Counted from the stretch's first letter, positions 10,221 to 20,463 are shown. The stretch is 64,000 nucleotides of DNA from an uncultured Bacteroidales bacterium (GCA_944320415.1 CALUHJ010000016.1:13728-77727); one strand, 5' to 3'. Numbers and translations: made by a program. Notes: generated by a model not told the origin, from the letters alone.

Positions 10221-10253
10221 TTTAGAGAGAATTTTTATGATGATATTGTTCCG

Positions 10254-10261
10254 CAAAGATA
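10254..10261 (-). promoter_or_regulatory. -7 box TAtcTTTG (GT4 gene)
   Basis: Consensus match on the minus strand in the divergent intergenic region. A plus-strand TAaaTTTG lies at 10273-10280. Confidence 0.5.
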
Positions 10262-10290
10262 CAATTCTTTTGTAAATTTGCCTCTTTGAT

Positions 10291-11724
10291 ATGAAGAAAT
10301 TCTTTGTTGCCAACCTTTTCTTCCTTGTGACTTTGAACATACTCATAAAGTCATTCTGGATTTTGGGCATAGACCGTGGTGTTCAGAACGCGGTGGATGC
10401 CGAAAGCTACGGAATGTATTTCGTTATTCTCAATTTCACATATCTGTTCAATATCATACTCGACTTCGGCATAGCCAACTACAACAACCGTACCATAGCG
10501 CAGAATCCTCACTTGCTCCGTAAGTATTTCGGCAGCATAGTGCCGTTGAAGATGCTGCTCTCGGTCGTTTATATGCTGATAGTGTTGGTTGCGGGCTGGC
10601 TCAACGGGTATTCTTCCCATATGGTCATCATGCTTTTCTGGCTTTGTGTCACGCAGGTGCTTTCTTCTTTCGTGTCCTATTTCAGAAGTATTCTGACGGC
10701 TCTTTTTCTGTTCAAGACAGATAGTGTGATTTCTGTTCTGGACCGTAGTCTTCTTATTCTCATATGCAGTTTCTTTTTGTGGAATGCCCGTTTGAGGGAG
10801 TCTTTTTGCATAGATTATTTTGTCTACATACAGGTTCTGACCATGTTTGTGACGTGTATGACAGCCATGATAATATGTCTTGTCAAGACTGGCAGGATAA
10901 GACTAAAGTTCAACAAGCCTTTGACCGTCTTGATTATCAGGGAAGGATGGCCTTATGCAATGTTGGGTCTGCTTATGGCCTGCTACAACAGGTTGGATTC
11001 AGTCATGCTTACCGCCTTGCTTGACGATGGTGGAAGAAGTGCTGCCATTTATGCTTCGGGATTCAGGCTTGTGGATTCGGCCAATATGGTTTCCCTTTTG
11101 TTTTCGGTGATTCTGCTGCCTCTTTTCTCGAGGATGATAAAGGAGAAGACGTCCGTCGAACCCATAGTTTCGACGGCATGGAATCTTGTACTGCTCATGT
11201 CTGTTTGTTTCATATTCGTTTCCGTTGTATATTCCACCGAGCTTATGACTCTTATGTACAACAAACACATAAGCGAGTCTGCGGACATATACAGGATACT
11301 TGCATTCTGCTTCCTCCCCATTTCGGTTACCTATGTATTCGGAACACTCCTTACGGCCAACGGTTCGATGAAGGCATTGAACATAATAGCTTTTGCGGGA
11401 ATGGTCATGAACATTGTACTGAACCTTTTGTTTATTCCCAAATGGCAACAGAACGGGGCGGCATTGACAAGTCTTGTCACTCAAAGCTTGACGGCGTTCA
11501 TGCAGATGGCGTACGCGTTCAGGCTTTTCAAACTCAGATTGACAAGGACATATCTTTGTAAAATCGTTTTGTTTTTGCTGTTGAATGTAATTATTTATGT
11601 AGCTTTGCATAAGATTGATATATTGTGGATTTTCAGAGTTTTGATTTCATTGATGCTATCATTGTTATCTGCCTTTGCCACAAAATTGTTCTCATTGAGG
11701 GATGTAAAGCAAATGTTGTCGTAA
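10291..11724 (+). CDS. polysaccharide flippase (Wzx/MOP superfamily)
   Basis: 477 aa, 12 or more hydrophobic helices, typical oligosaccharide-flippase organisation. Confidence 0.8.
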   Translation: MKKFFVANLFFLVTLNILIKSFWILGIDRGVQNAVDAESYGMYFVILNFTYLFNIILDFGIANYNNRTIAQNPHLLRKYFGSIVPLKMLLSVVYMLIVLVAGWLNGYSSHMVIMLFWLCVTQVLSSFVSYFRSILTALFLFKTDSVISVLDRSLLILICSFFLWNARLRESFCIDYFVYIQVLTMFVTCMTAMIICLVKTGRIRLKFNKPLTVLIIREGWPYAMLGLLMACYNRLDSVMLTALLDDGGRSAAIYASGFRLVDSANMVSLLFSVILLPLFSRMIKEKTSVEPIVSTAWNLVLLMSVCFIFVSVVYSTELMTLMYNKHISESADIYRILAFCFLPISVTYVFGTLLTANGSMKALNIIAFAGMVMNIVLNLLFIPKWQQNGAALTSLVTQSLTAFMQMAYAFRLFKLRLTRTYLCKIVLFLLLNVIIYVALHKIDILWIFRVLISLMLSLLSAFATKLFSLRDVKQMLS

Positions 11725-11737
11725 ACGCAAACAATGT

Positions 11738-13699
11738 ATGAAAAAAATAGAGTTTTCCCATAAAGACTTGTCCAATCTGCAATTTGCATTGACCAAGGAG
11801 ATTCTTAGGGCAAATATATCAAATGCTTATGCCTGTACCACTCTTACTTCATGCAATACGCGTAAATATCATGGTCTGTTGATAACTCCGCAACCCAAGA
11901 TAGACAATCAGAATCATCTTCTGCTTTCTTCCTTGGATGAGGTAGTTACCGTGGAGGAACAGGAATTTAATCTGGCCTGTCACAGATACAGGAACGGGGT
12001 GATATATCCCAACGGGCACAAATACCTTCATTCTTATGTGGTTGACTTGATTCCGACGCACATATACAAGGTGGGAAATGCCGTATTGCTCAAGCAGATG
12101 TTGTTTCAGGAAAAAAAAGACAGGCTTCTGATAAAATATACACTGCAAAAGTCGGATGTGAATATCGGATTGAGTTTGAGACCTTTGCTGGCTTTCAGAC
12201 AGGTGCATAAGCTGACCGTTGCGAATGATGTCGCCAACAGGAACTATCAGATTTGTCAGCAGGGAGTCAGCTATCAGTTGTATTCCAAATATACTCCGCT
12301 TTACATACAGTTTTCCAAAAAAGTGGCTTATGAGCACAAGCCTGAGTGGTATTATCAGTTTGAATACATAAAGGAAAAGGAGAGAGGATACGATTATCTT
12401 GAGGATTTGCTGATGATGGGAGAATTCCGTACGGAACTGAGAGAGGGGGAAAGCTTGTTCGTATCCTGCGGAGTGGAAGAGGATAATCCTTTTTTGATAA
12501 GCCGGGATTTTGCCAAGGAAACCTCTTTGAGGTTCCCGATAAGCACTATGGAGGACGTACTCAAAAGAGCGGCGAGAATGTTCTTCTCACGCAAGGGAAC
12601 CAAGGTTGACATTATTGCAGGATTTCCGTGGTTCGGCCGTTGGGGAAGGGATACGTTCATATCCTTGCCCGGACTTTGTCTTGCCATTGGAGACTGGCGC
12701 ATGTTCCGTATGGCGATAGATACCATGTTGGAGGATTTCCGCGACGGTTTTTTCCCTAACATAGGCAAGGGAGACCAATCCGCATATAACAGTATTGATG
12801 CTCCTTTATGGTTTTTCTGGTCTTTGCAGCAGTATGCCTACATAAACAATGCGAAAAGGGAAGTGTGGGAGAATTATTCAAAGGTTATGGGATGCATATT
12901 GGATAATTTTTCGGAAGGAGCCTCGAATGTGAGAATGGACAGCAATTTCCTTTTGTGGCAGGGTCAGGAGGGCAAGGCGCTTACGTGGATGGATGCCATA
13001 GTTGACGGAGTACCTGTAACGCAGCGCAAGGGTTATGCGGTGGAAATAAACGCTCTGTGGTACAATGCGGTGATGTTTTACCGCGAACTGGCAGAGGATT
13101 TCTGCGATGACGCGGCTACTGCAAAGTGGGATGAATTTGCCAACTGTTTCCCTGATAACTTCAAGTCCGTTTTCTGGTCCAAGTCTATGGGATATCTTGC
13201 CGACTGTGTGGATGGCAACAACAAGGACTTTTCGGTAAGACCCAACATGATTTTTGCCGCAAGTCTTCCATACACGTCGCTAAGCCTTAAGATAAGACAA
13301 CTGATAGTCGAAAAGGTACGTCAGGAACTTCTTACTCCAAGAGGTTTGAGAACGCTTTCTCCTACACACAAGGACTACCATGCTGTTTATGCCGGCAACC
13401 AGTCGGAAAGGGACAGGGCCTATCACAACGGTACGGCATGGCCGTGGCTTATGGGTGCCTACGCGGAGGCATACCTTAAGGTGTACGGCGATGAGGCCGT
13501 GGATTATGTTGAACAATTATACGGAGAATTTGATAAGATTCTGTGCGATTATTGCGTTGGAAGTATAGCAGAGGTATATGACGGCAATCCTCCTTACAGT
13601 CCGGGCGGAAGCATATCGCAGGCATGGAGCGTGGCCGAGGTTTACAGAATGAAATACATGACAGAGTGCATCAAAAACAGAAAGGAGAGAAGCTTATGA
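11738..13699 (+). CDS. glycogen debranching enzyme (amylo-alpha-1,6-glucosidase family)
   Basis: 653 aa with the GDE_C-type motif GFPWFGRWGRDTFISLPGL and the C-terminal GSISQAWS. Confidence 0.85.
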   Translation: MKKIEFSHKDLSNLQFALTKEILRANISNAYACTTLTSCNTRKYHGLLITPQPKIDNQNHLLLSSLDEVVTVEEQEFNLACHRYRNGVIYPNGHKYLHSYVVDLIPTHIYKVGNAVLLKQMLFQEKKDRLLIKYTLQKSDVNIGLSLRPLLAFRQVHKLTVANDVANRNYQICQQGVSYQLYSKYTPLYIQFSKKVAYEHKPEWYYQFEYIKEKERGYDYLEDLLMMGEFRTELREGESLFVSCGVEEDNPFLISRDFAKETSLRFPISTMEDVLKRAARMFFSRKGTKVDIIAGFPWFGRWGRDTFISLPGLCLAIGDWRMFRMAIDTMLEDFRDGFFPNIGKGDQSAYNSIDAPLWFFWSLQQYAYINNAKREVWENYSKVMGCILDNFSEGASNVRMDSNFLLWQGQEGKALTWMDAIVDGVPVTQRKGYAVEINALWYNAVMFYRELAEDFCDDAATAKWDEFANCFPDNFKSVFWSKSMGYLADCVDGNNKDFSVRPNMIFAASLPYTSLSLKIRQLIVEKVRQELLTPRGLRTLSPTHKDYHAVYAGNQSERDRAYHNGTAWPWLMGAYAEAYLKVYGDEAVDYVEQLYGEFDKILCDYCVGSIAEVYDGNPPYSPGGSISQAWSVAEVYRMKYMTECIKNRKERSL

Positions 13700-15033
13700 G
13701 AGTTTTGATGTTCGGCTGGGAATATCCGCCGCATATTTCAGGAGGATTGGGTACGGCTTGTTTCGGTCTGACTACGGCATTGACCAAAAAGGGAGTGGAC
13801 ATACTGTTTGTCGTGCCAAAACTGTTCGGAGACGAATACGTGTCGGGGGCAAGGCTTTTGTCGGCCGAGCAGGTGAGCAATACTTTGGCAAGGATGGATG
13901 TTTCCCGGATAGAAAGCGTCCTGTCGGATTTGTGCAACAGGATATCTTATGTGGAGATTGACAGCCTGCTGGTGCCTTACATAGGACAGAAAGACTATTA
14001 CGGAATATTGGAATCAAGAAAGAAAAAAATAGAATCAGAAAAGAAAAAAACGGAATCAAGATCCGTAAAAACGGATTCAGAAAAGGAAACCGGTGATTTC
14101 AAATATAGTTTTTCAGGAGGCTATGGAGAGAATCTGTTTGAAGAGGTGGAGAGATACGCATTGGTTGCAGGCAGTGTGGCAAAGCAGAATGATTTCGATG
14201 TCATACACTCGCACGACTGGCTCACTTACAAGGCAGGAATCGTATCCAAGCAGATAAGCGGCAAACCGCTCATAGTACATGTGCATGCGACGGAATATGA
14301 CCGCAGCGGTGAGAATATAAACCGACAGGTTTACCAGATAGAGAAACAGGGCATGGATTTTGCCGACAGGATAATCGCGGTGAGCGAATTTACACGCGAT
14401 ATACTCATACGCAAGTACGGACAACCTCCGCATAAGGTGATAACCGTTCACAACGGTGTCGATTCCGCATACAGGGACGTGCAGAGGGTGTTCAATCCGT
14501 TTGACAAGAAAATAGTCAGCTTCATAGGTCGGATTACTTTCCAGAAAGGACCCGATTATTTTGTGGAAGCGGCGGACATGGTCTTGAAAAAAGACAGAAA
14601 TTTCGTGTTTGTGATGGCCGGAAAGGGTGACATGATGAACAGGATGATTGCTTTGGTTGCAAGGAAAAGGATATCGGAAAACTTCTTTTTTGCCGGTTTT
14701 CTTTTGCAGCAGGAGGTGAGCAGATTGCTTGCCATGAGCGACATGTATGTCATGCCGAGTGTTTCCGAACCTTTTGGCATATCGCCTTTGGAGGCCATGC
14801 AGGCATCTACTCCCGCCATAATAAGCAAGCAGTCGGGGGTATCGGAAATATTGCGCAATGTGATAAAGGTTGACTTTTGGGACATAGAGGCTATGGCTGA
14901 TGCCATATATGCGATAGGAAACCATGACGTTTTAAGACAAAGGCTTTCGCGAAAGGCGAAGGAGGAAGTGGCGGGTATCAGTTGGGACAGTGCGGCGGAT
15001 AAAATCAGGGAAATATATTTTCAATTAAAGTAA
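13696..15033 (+). CDS. glycogen synthase-like glycosyltransferase (GT4/GT5 type)
   Basis: ATG 13696 overlaps the upstream stop (ATGA). The N-terminus is MRVLMFGWEYPPHISGGLG and the EPFGISPLEAM motif is present. It contains an in-frame 4 x 21-nt repeat (see repeats). Confidence 0.85.
   Translation: MRVLMFGWEYPPHISGGLGTACFGLTTALTKKGVDILFVVPKLFGDEYVSGARLLSAEQVSNTLARMDVSRIESVLSDLCNRISYVEIDSLLVPYIGQKDYYGILESRKKKIESEKKKTESRSVKTDSEKETGDFKYSFSGGYGENLFEEVERYALVAGSVAKQNDFDVIHSHDWLTYKAGIVSKQISGKPLIVHVHATEYDRSGENINRQVYQIEKQGMDFADRIIAVSEFTRDILIRKYGQPPHKVITVHNGVDSAYRDVQRVFNPFDKKIVSFIGRITFQKGPDYFVEAADMVLKKDRNFVFVMAGKGDMMNRMIALVARKRISENFFFAGFLLQQEVSRLLAMSDMYVMPSVSEPFGISPLEAMQASTPAIISKQSGVSEILRNVIKVDFWDIEAMADAIYAIGNHDVLRQRLSRKAKEEVAGISWDSAADKIREIYFQLK
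14011..14094 (+). repeat. in-frame 4 x 21-nt tandem repeat inside the glycogen-synthase-like gene
   Basis: The units encode ESRKKKI / ESEKKKT / ESRSVKT / DSEKETG. The frame was verified from ATG 13696. Confidence 0.85.
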
Positions 15034-15047
15034 AAACTCTCTCGGAT

Positions 15048-16223
15048 ATGAAATCGATATGTTTTTATTTTCAGGTACATCAGCCGTTCAGGTTGCGTAC
15101 TTACCGTTTTTTTGACATAGGCAGCAAACATGACTATTTCGACAAGGTGCAGAACCGTTGGCTTTGCAGGAGAATAGCGGACAAGTGTTACCTTCCAGCA
15201 AACAGCTTGATGCTCGAACTTATAAAACGGACAGAAGGAAGGTTCAGGATAGCTTATTCGATTTCCGGGACTGCTCTTGACCAGTTCGAGGCCTACACTC
15301 CTGAGGTAATAGAGTCCTTTCAGGCTTTGGCACAAAGCGGATGCGTTGAATTTTTGAGCGAGACCTATTCGCATTCTCTTGCAAGTCTGGTCAGTCCGTC
15401 AGAGTTCAAGCAACAGGTCGAGCAACACGGAAAAAAAATAGAACGTCTTTTCGGACAAACGCCCAAGGTGTTTAGAAATACCGAGCTTATCTATTCTGAT
15501 GCCATAGGCGACATGGTTAGCCGGATGGGTTTCAAGGCCCAACTGGCCGAAGGCGCCCGTCAGATATTGGCATGGAGAAGTCCGAACTATCTTTACAGAC
15601 ACCCGGAAAACTCCGACTTTGTTTTGCTGTTGAAGAATTATCAGTTGAGTGACGATATAGCCTTCAGGTTTTCTCAGCATACATGGGTCGGTTTTCCTCT
15701 TACGTGTGACAAGTTTGTCGATTGGCTGAACCAAACGGACAATCCGGACTGCATCAATCTGTTCATGGACTATGAGACTTTCGGAGAGCATCAATGGCAG
15801 GAGACTGGCATATTCGACTTCTTGAGATATTTGCCTCAGACTGTATTTGACAGAAGCGATTTTGATTTCAAGACGCCTTCCGAGCTGCTTTCCCGCTATG
15901 AACCAAAGGGAGAGTTTTCTGCAAAGGAGCCTGTTTCGTGGGCGGACGAGGAAAGAGACCTGACGGCTTGGTTGGGAAATGACTTGCAGAACGATGCTTT
16001 TGAACAACTGTACGCAATGGAGGAGAAGATAAACAGATGCGGTGACGAGGATTTGCTCAGGAAGTGGAGATATCTTCAAACCTCGGACAACTTCTATTAC
16101 ATGTGTACCAAATGGTTTTCGGACGGAGATGTGCACAAGTACTTCAATCACTACAACTCCCCTTATGAGGCTTACATAAACTATATGAACGTATTGGCGG
16201 ACTTTAAACTTTTGTTGGGTTGA
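15048..16223 (+). CDS. glycoside hydrolase family 57 (alpha-amylase-like)
   Basis: 391 aa with the N-terminal CFYFQVHQPFRL motif characteristic of GH57. Confidence 0.85.
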   Translation: MKSICFYFQVHQPFRLRTYRFFDIGSKHDYFDKVQNRWLCRRIADKCYLPANSLMLELIKRTEGRFRIAYSISGTALDQFEAYTPEVIESFQALAQSGCVEFLSETYSHSLASLVSPSEFKQQVEQHGKKIERLFGQTPKVFRNTELIYSDAIGDMVSRMGFKAQLAEGARQILAWRSPNYLYRHPENSDFVLLLKNYQLSDDIAFRFSQHTWVGFPLTCDKFVDWLNQTDNPDCINLFMDYETFGEHQWQETGIFDFLRYLPQTVFDRSDFDFKTPSELLSRYEPKGEFSAKEPVSWADEERDLTAWLGNDLQNDAFEQLYAMEEKINRCGDEDLLRKWRYLQTSDNFYYMCTKWFSDGDVHKYFNHYNSPYEAYINYMNVLADFKLLLG

Positions 16224-16243
16224 AGCGATTGGGACATGCCATT

Positions 16244-17194
16244 ATGAGCGATAGAAAAAGGTATGAGGACTTTTGTTCCAGGAACACCGATGTTCCGTTA
16301 TTTTTCCAGCCGTGGTGGTTGGATGCGGTGTGTTCTTCCCAATGGGATGCTTTTGTGTACTCGGAAGGCGACAGGGTGTTTGCTCTCATGCCTTATTGTC
16401 TGAAACGCAAATACGGATTTAATACCATAAAGCCTCCAATGCTTACACCATACGGAGGCGTTTGGTTTTCATATCCGTCAAATATTTCCTTGTGCAAGAA
16501 ATATTCTTTGGAAATAAAGGCAATGGAGTATTTCTCAGAACAATTGAAAAAGCTGCGCATTGCTTTTTTTGCGACAAGATTTCATCATTCCGTTACCAAT
16601 TGGTTGGGCTTTTATTGGAACGGATTCAAACAGACTACGTTCTATACTTACAGAATATCGGGATTGGACGACATGCAGTCTGTATTTGCAAACATTGACG
16701 GAAGTGTGAAGAAAAGGATTAAAAAGCTTGAAAAAGACTTTGAAATAACTTCCGACCTGACAACAAGGGAGTTTTATGAGGTAAACCGCATGACTTATGA
16801 AAGACAGGGAGTGGCTTGTCCTTTTTCATACGATTTGTTCGCAAAGGTGGAGGATGCGTGCAGGCAGAGAGGATTGGGCAGAATGTTTGCGATAAGGGAC
16901 AAAGAGTCTAATGTTCATTCAGTTGCCTATGTTGTGGTTCACGACGGGGTATGTTACGGACTGTTTTCGGGAACCGACCCGAAATACCGCAGGTTCAATG
17001 CAGCCACGTTGCTCTTGTGGCATATCATCAATCATGCTTCGCAATGCGGTTGCAGGGAGTATGATTATACAGGCAGTGTCATGCGCCCGATAGAAACTTT
17101 CATACGACATTTCGGAGCAATTCAGACCCCTTATTTTTACATTGAAAAAAGATATTCCGCATTGTATTCGTTTTTATTGAGATTGAAAGGATGA
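16244..17194 (+). CDS. FemAB/BioF2-like GNAT-fold acyltransferase (tentative)
   Basis: About 316 aa. The N-terminus FFQPWWLDAV and overall pattern resemble Fem-like GNAT proteins. ATG 16244 is preferred over TTG 16220. Confidence 0.6.
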   Translation: MSDRKRYEDFCSRNTDVPLFFQPWWLDAVCSSQWDAFVYSEGDRVFALMPYCLKRKYGFNTIKPPMLTPYGGVWFSYPSNISLCKKYSLEIKAMEYFSEQLKKLRIAFFATRFHHSVTNWLGFYWNGFKQTTFYTYRISGLDDMQSVFANIDGSVKKRIKKLEKDFEITSDLTTREFYEVNRMTYERQGVACPFSYDLFAKVEDACRQRGLGRMFAIRDKESNVHSVAYVVVHDGVCYGLFSGTDPKYRRFNAATLLLWHIINHASQCGCREYDYTGSVMRPIETFIRHFGAIQTPYFYIEKRYSALYSFLLRLKG

Positions 17195-17664
17195 ATATAA
17201 AGCTTGTTGTAGTAGGAAAGACGGATGAAAATTATTTGAATCATGGAATAGGAATATATCTTAAACGATTGACCCGTTATGTGAGTTTTGAAATAGTGGA
17301 ACTGCCGAATGTAAAGGATGCCAAAAACCTTTCACCCGCTGTGCTAAAAGACAAGGAGGCTGATATGATACTCAAACATGCCTCAAAGGCGGACAGAATT
17401 GTTTTGTTTGACGAAAAGGGAACAGAGTACGGCAGCGTGGAGTTTGCGGATTATCTTCAGATGCAGATGAATCAGGGAATAAAAACACTTGTCTTTGTCG
17501 TTGGAGGAGCCTACGGGTTTTCTGAAAAGGTATACAGACAGGCACATCACAAGATAGCCGTTTCGAGGATGACCTTTTCACATCAGATGGTGCGTCTGCT
17601 TATAGTCGAACAGATATACAGGGCTTTTACGATATTGAAATCCGAACCGTATCACAAGGTTTAG
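17191..17664 (+). CDS. rlmH: 23S rRNA (pseudouridine1915-N3)-methyltransferase
   Basis: 157-aa SPOUT protein with the C-terminal SRMTFSHQMVRLLIVEQIYRA. Confidence 0.9.
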   Translation: MNIKLVVVGKTDENYLNHGIGIYLKRLTRYVSFEIVELPNVKDAKNLSPAVLKDKEADMILKHASKADRIVLFDEKGTEYGSVEFADYLQMQMNQGIKTLVFVVGGAYGFSEKVYRQAHHKIAVSRMTFSHQMVRLLIVEQIYRAFTILKSEPYHKV

Positions 17665-18782
17665 ACCGTTTGCGCAATGCGATAGAATAGTCGTGCCGAT
17701 GGCTCTATTATCGCATCATTGAAATCATAGGATGAAGAATGCAGACTGCTGCATTGCAGCCCCGAGCCTATGCCGAACATTGCACCTTTGTATTTTTGTG
17801 TAAAAAGTCCGAAGTCTTCGCCCCAACGGAAAGGTTGTTTCAGTTCTATTGTTTTCATGCCTTGTTGTTTTGCTGCCGAAACGATGGTTTGGACTGAGGT
17901 TATATCGTTTTCATTTGCGGCGAAACTTTCGACAAAATCGTATTCGCATTTTATTGCAGGGTTCTTGGCGATATTGGTTTTTATTATTTGTATTATCTTC
18001 CGTGTATTTTCTTCGAGAAGTGTGTTGGTCTTTGTTCTGAACGTAAACCTCAGTATTCCGTTTGCGGCCGTTACTCCGTACGCTTTTTCTCCCAAAGAAA
18101 ATTCTATGAGTGTTGTCTGGAAAAAGTCGTCTGATGGGAAATCCCTGTTTTCCATGGATTCTATTTCTTTTTTCATCGCGAGCATCATGTCAAATGAAGA
18201 GACGGACAGTTCGGGTTCACTCGCATGAGACACCTTTCCTTCGAAACTTATCCATAGACTTCTTACCGCGCATGAGAAACATGAATTGTTTGTTATCACC
18301 ATTCCTTCCTCAAATTGCGGAATGTTGTGCATTGCAAAGGCCGCATCAATTGAATAACCGTCCAGTATTCCGCTTTCAATTACTTTTTTTGCCCCTTGTC
18401 CGGTTTCTTCCTCAGCTTGAAAAAGCAACAGGATATTCTTGTCTTTTATAGGTTTTTGTTGTAGCAGATATGCAAAATAAAGCATTATGGCACTATGGCC
18501 GTCGTGTCCGCAAAGATGGGCAGTTCCCTTGTTTTTTGAACAATAAGGTTTGTTTTCGTCTTCATTTGCTTCCACCGCATCAATGTCGCATCGGAAAAGA
18601 ACGGTTTTATTTCCTTTACCGTTTCCCGCTTCGGCCAAAAGACAGTTTCCTCCTATATGTTCTTTTATTTTGTTTATGCCCAGATTGCGCAGTTGTTCCG
18701 AAATAAAAGCGGCAGAGTTGGTTTCACTGCCGCTTTTTTCCGCAATTGAATGCAAGAAATGTCTGATAGATATTATATCCAT
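17661..18782 (-). CDS. M20D family amidohydrolase
   Basis: HLCGHDGH metal-binding motif. ATG 18782 (MDIISIRHF) is used. The upstream extension to 18860 would overlap gpmA. Confidence 0.8.
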   Translation of the reverse strand: MDIISIRHFLHSIAEKSGSETNSAAFISEQLRNLGINKIKEHIGGNCLLAEAGNGKGNKTVLFRCDIDAVEANEDENKPYCSKNKGTAHLCGHDGHSAIMLYFAYLLQQKPIKDKNILLLFQAEEETGQGAKKVIESGILDGYSIDAAFAMHNIPQFEEGMVITNNSCFSCAVRSLWISFEGKVSHASEPELSVSSFDMMLAMKKEIESMENRDFPSDDFFQTTLIEFSLGEKAYGVTAANGILRFTFRTKTNTLLEENTRKIIQIIKTNIAKNPAIKCEYDFVESFAANENDITSVQTIVSAAKQQGMKTIELKQPFRWGEDFGLFTQKYKGAMFGIGSGLQCSSLHSSSYDFNDAIIEPSARLFYRIAQTV

Positions 18783-18795
18783 GTATGATGTTCTG

Positions 18796-19542
18796 CTATT
18801 TTTTGTTGCCCTGGTTTGCGACCTCGTCCATAAGACGTTGCAACGTTTCCTTGTCTGCAAGAAAACGGTCGGATTTCAAACTTAAATCGTCGTTCAATTC
18901 AAACAGGTAAGGTATACCGGTAGGTATGTTGAACTTGATTATTTCTTCATTGGACATGCCTTTCAGTGTTTTTACTATTCCGCGAAGGGAATTGCCGTGA
19001 GCAACAACCAATACGGTGTTGCAAGTGTCGAAAGCCTTCAGTATTTTTCCGGTATAAAAAGGCATAAGACGGTTGATACAGTCTTGAAGTGATTCTGTCA
19101 AAGGAAGTTCTTTTCTGTCCACTTTCGTGTAACGTGGATCGTTGTATGGAGAACGTTCATCGTTTGGGTTAAGGGCTGGAGCCTGTACATCGAAACTTCT
19201 TCTCCACAAAAGGACCTGTTCAGCTCCGAACTCCTCGGTAGCTTCGGCCTTGTTCTTGCCTTGAAGGTCTCCGTAGGATTTTTCGTTCAACCTCCATGAT
19301 TTTTCAACCGGGAGATAATCCATGTTCATCGCGTCAAGAATGACGTTTAAAGTTTTTATCGCCCTTTTCAAATAGGAAGTAAAACAGATTTCAGGCTTGA
19401 TACCTTCACTCAACATGGTCTTTCCAGCTTCATAAGCTTCTTGTATTCCCTGTTCTGTCAAATCTACATCTGTCCAGCCGGTGAACAAGTTCTTCAAATT
19501 CCATTCGCTTTGTCCGTGTCTTACCAAAATAAGTTTTTTCAT
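18796..19542 (-). CDS. gpmA: 2,3-bisphosphoglycerate-dependent phosphoglycerate mutase
   Basis: 248 aa with the catalytic motif LVRHGQSEWN and a full-length GpmA-like sequence. Confidence 0.95.
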   Translation of the reverse strand: MKKLILVRHGQSEWNLKNLFTGWTDVDLTEQGIQEAYEAGKTMLSEGIKPEICFTSYLKRAIKTLNVILDAMNMDYLPVEKSWRLNEKSYGDLQGKNKAEATEEFGAEQVLLWRRSFDVQAPALNPNDERSPYNDPRYTKVDRKELPLTESLQDCINRLMPFYTGKILKAFDTCNTVLVVAHGNSLRGIVKTLKGMSNEEIIKFNIPTGIPYLFELNDDLSLKSDRFLADKETLQRLMDEVANQGNKK

Positions 19543-19555
19543 ATTGTTTGTGTTT

Positions 19556-20440
19556 TTATTTTTTTTTGTTTGACTTGTCAGGTGTAAGTTTCAGTTTGGA
19601 GACGTCGAGTCTTTTTCCAGTCATTCCTTTCAGTGCCATTATCAAAATGACTATGCCGAGCAATATGAAAGGAATGCTTAGTATTTGTCCCATATTCAAC
19701 ATCATGTCCGCTTCCCATGCTTCCTGTACTTCTTTGACTGATTCTATAATGAACCGGAAAGAAAATACAAGAATCAAAAAGAGTGAAAAAAGAAAGCCCG
19801 GAGCCAAAGAATCCTTTCTCTTTAAGAAAAGAAAGAACAATACTGTAAAACATAGAAGATAGGCACCGGCTTCATACAATTGTGTCGGATGTTTCGGGAT
19901 GAAATCGTGGTCTCTTACGAAAATAAATCCCCAGTCACTGTTTGTGGCGATTCCGTAAATCTCGCTGTTTGCCAAATTACCCAAACGTATGAATACTCCT
20001 GCCAAGGCAACGATTATGACCAGACGATCCAATGTCCACAGCATGGGTAATCCCGTTTTTTTGTAGTAAATCCATACCGCAATCAATATTCCTATGGCTC
20101 CTCCATGTGATGCAAGGCCTTGGTATCCTGTTAGCTTAATTCCATCTTCGGTCTGTTTTATTGGCAGTATCATTTCCGCGATATGGTTGGAGTAATAAGA
20201 AAACTCATAAAACAGACAATGACCAAGTCTTGCACCTATGAATACTCCTATAAAGATATAGAATGCAAGTTTGTCCAAATAATTTACAGGTATATTCTCT
20301 TTGTCGAATACGAACTTTTTAAGGATTAAATAACTTACGATAAATGCCAAGGCAAATAAAAGGCTGTACCATCGTATTTCCATTGAACCTATATTGAAGG
20401 CAATTGGATCAAAATTCCAAATTATGGCATTCAACAGCAT
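19556..20440 (-). CDS. lgt: prolipoprotein diacylglyceryl transferase
   Basis: Multi-TM protein with the Lgt signature RLGNLANSEIYG. ATG 20440 is preceded by a gene-strand TAccTTTG box (20464-20471), so the ORF-track start 20509 is rejected. Confidence 0.9.
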   Translation of the reverse strand: MLLNAIIWNFDPIAFNIGSMEIRWYSLLFALAFIVSYLILKKFVFDKENIPVNYLDKLAFYIFIGVFIGARLGHCLFYEFSYYSNHIAEMILPIKQTEDGIKLTGYQGLASHGGAIGILIAVWIYYKKTGLPMLWTLDRLVIIVALAGVFIRLGNLANSEIYGIATNSDWGFIFVRDHDFIPKHPTQLYEAGAYLLCFTVLFFLFLKRKDSLAPGFLFSLFLILVFSFRFIIESVKEVQEAWEADMMLNMGQILSIPFILLGIVILIMALKGMTGKRLDVSKLKLTPDKSNKKK

Positions 20441-20463
20441 GCGGTTTAAAATTATATTTTTTG

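Noticed and set aside
14113-14925. 270-aa minus-strand ORF
   Set aside because: It is antisense to the glycogen-synthase-like gene and has no motif.
18783-18860. N-terminal extensions of the M20 amidohydrolase ORF, and likewise of lgt (20441-20509) and the ECF sigma gene (6752-6808)
   Set aside because: The extensions overlap neighbouring genes or promoter boxes. Their Arg/Cys-rich sequence is non-protein-like. Internal ATGs give canonical N-termini.
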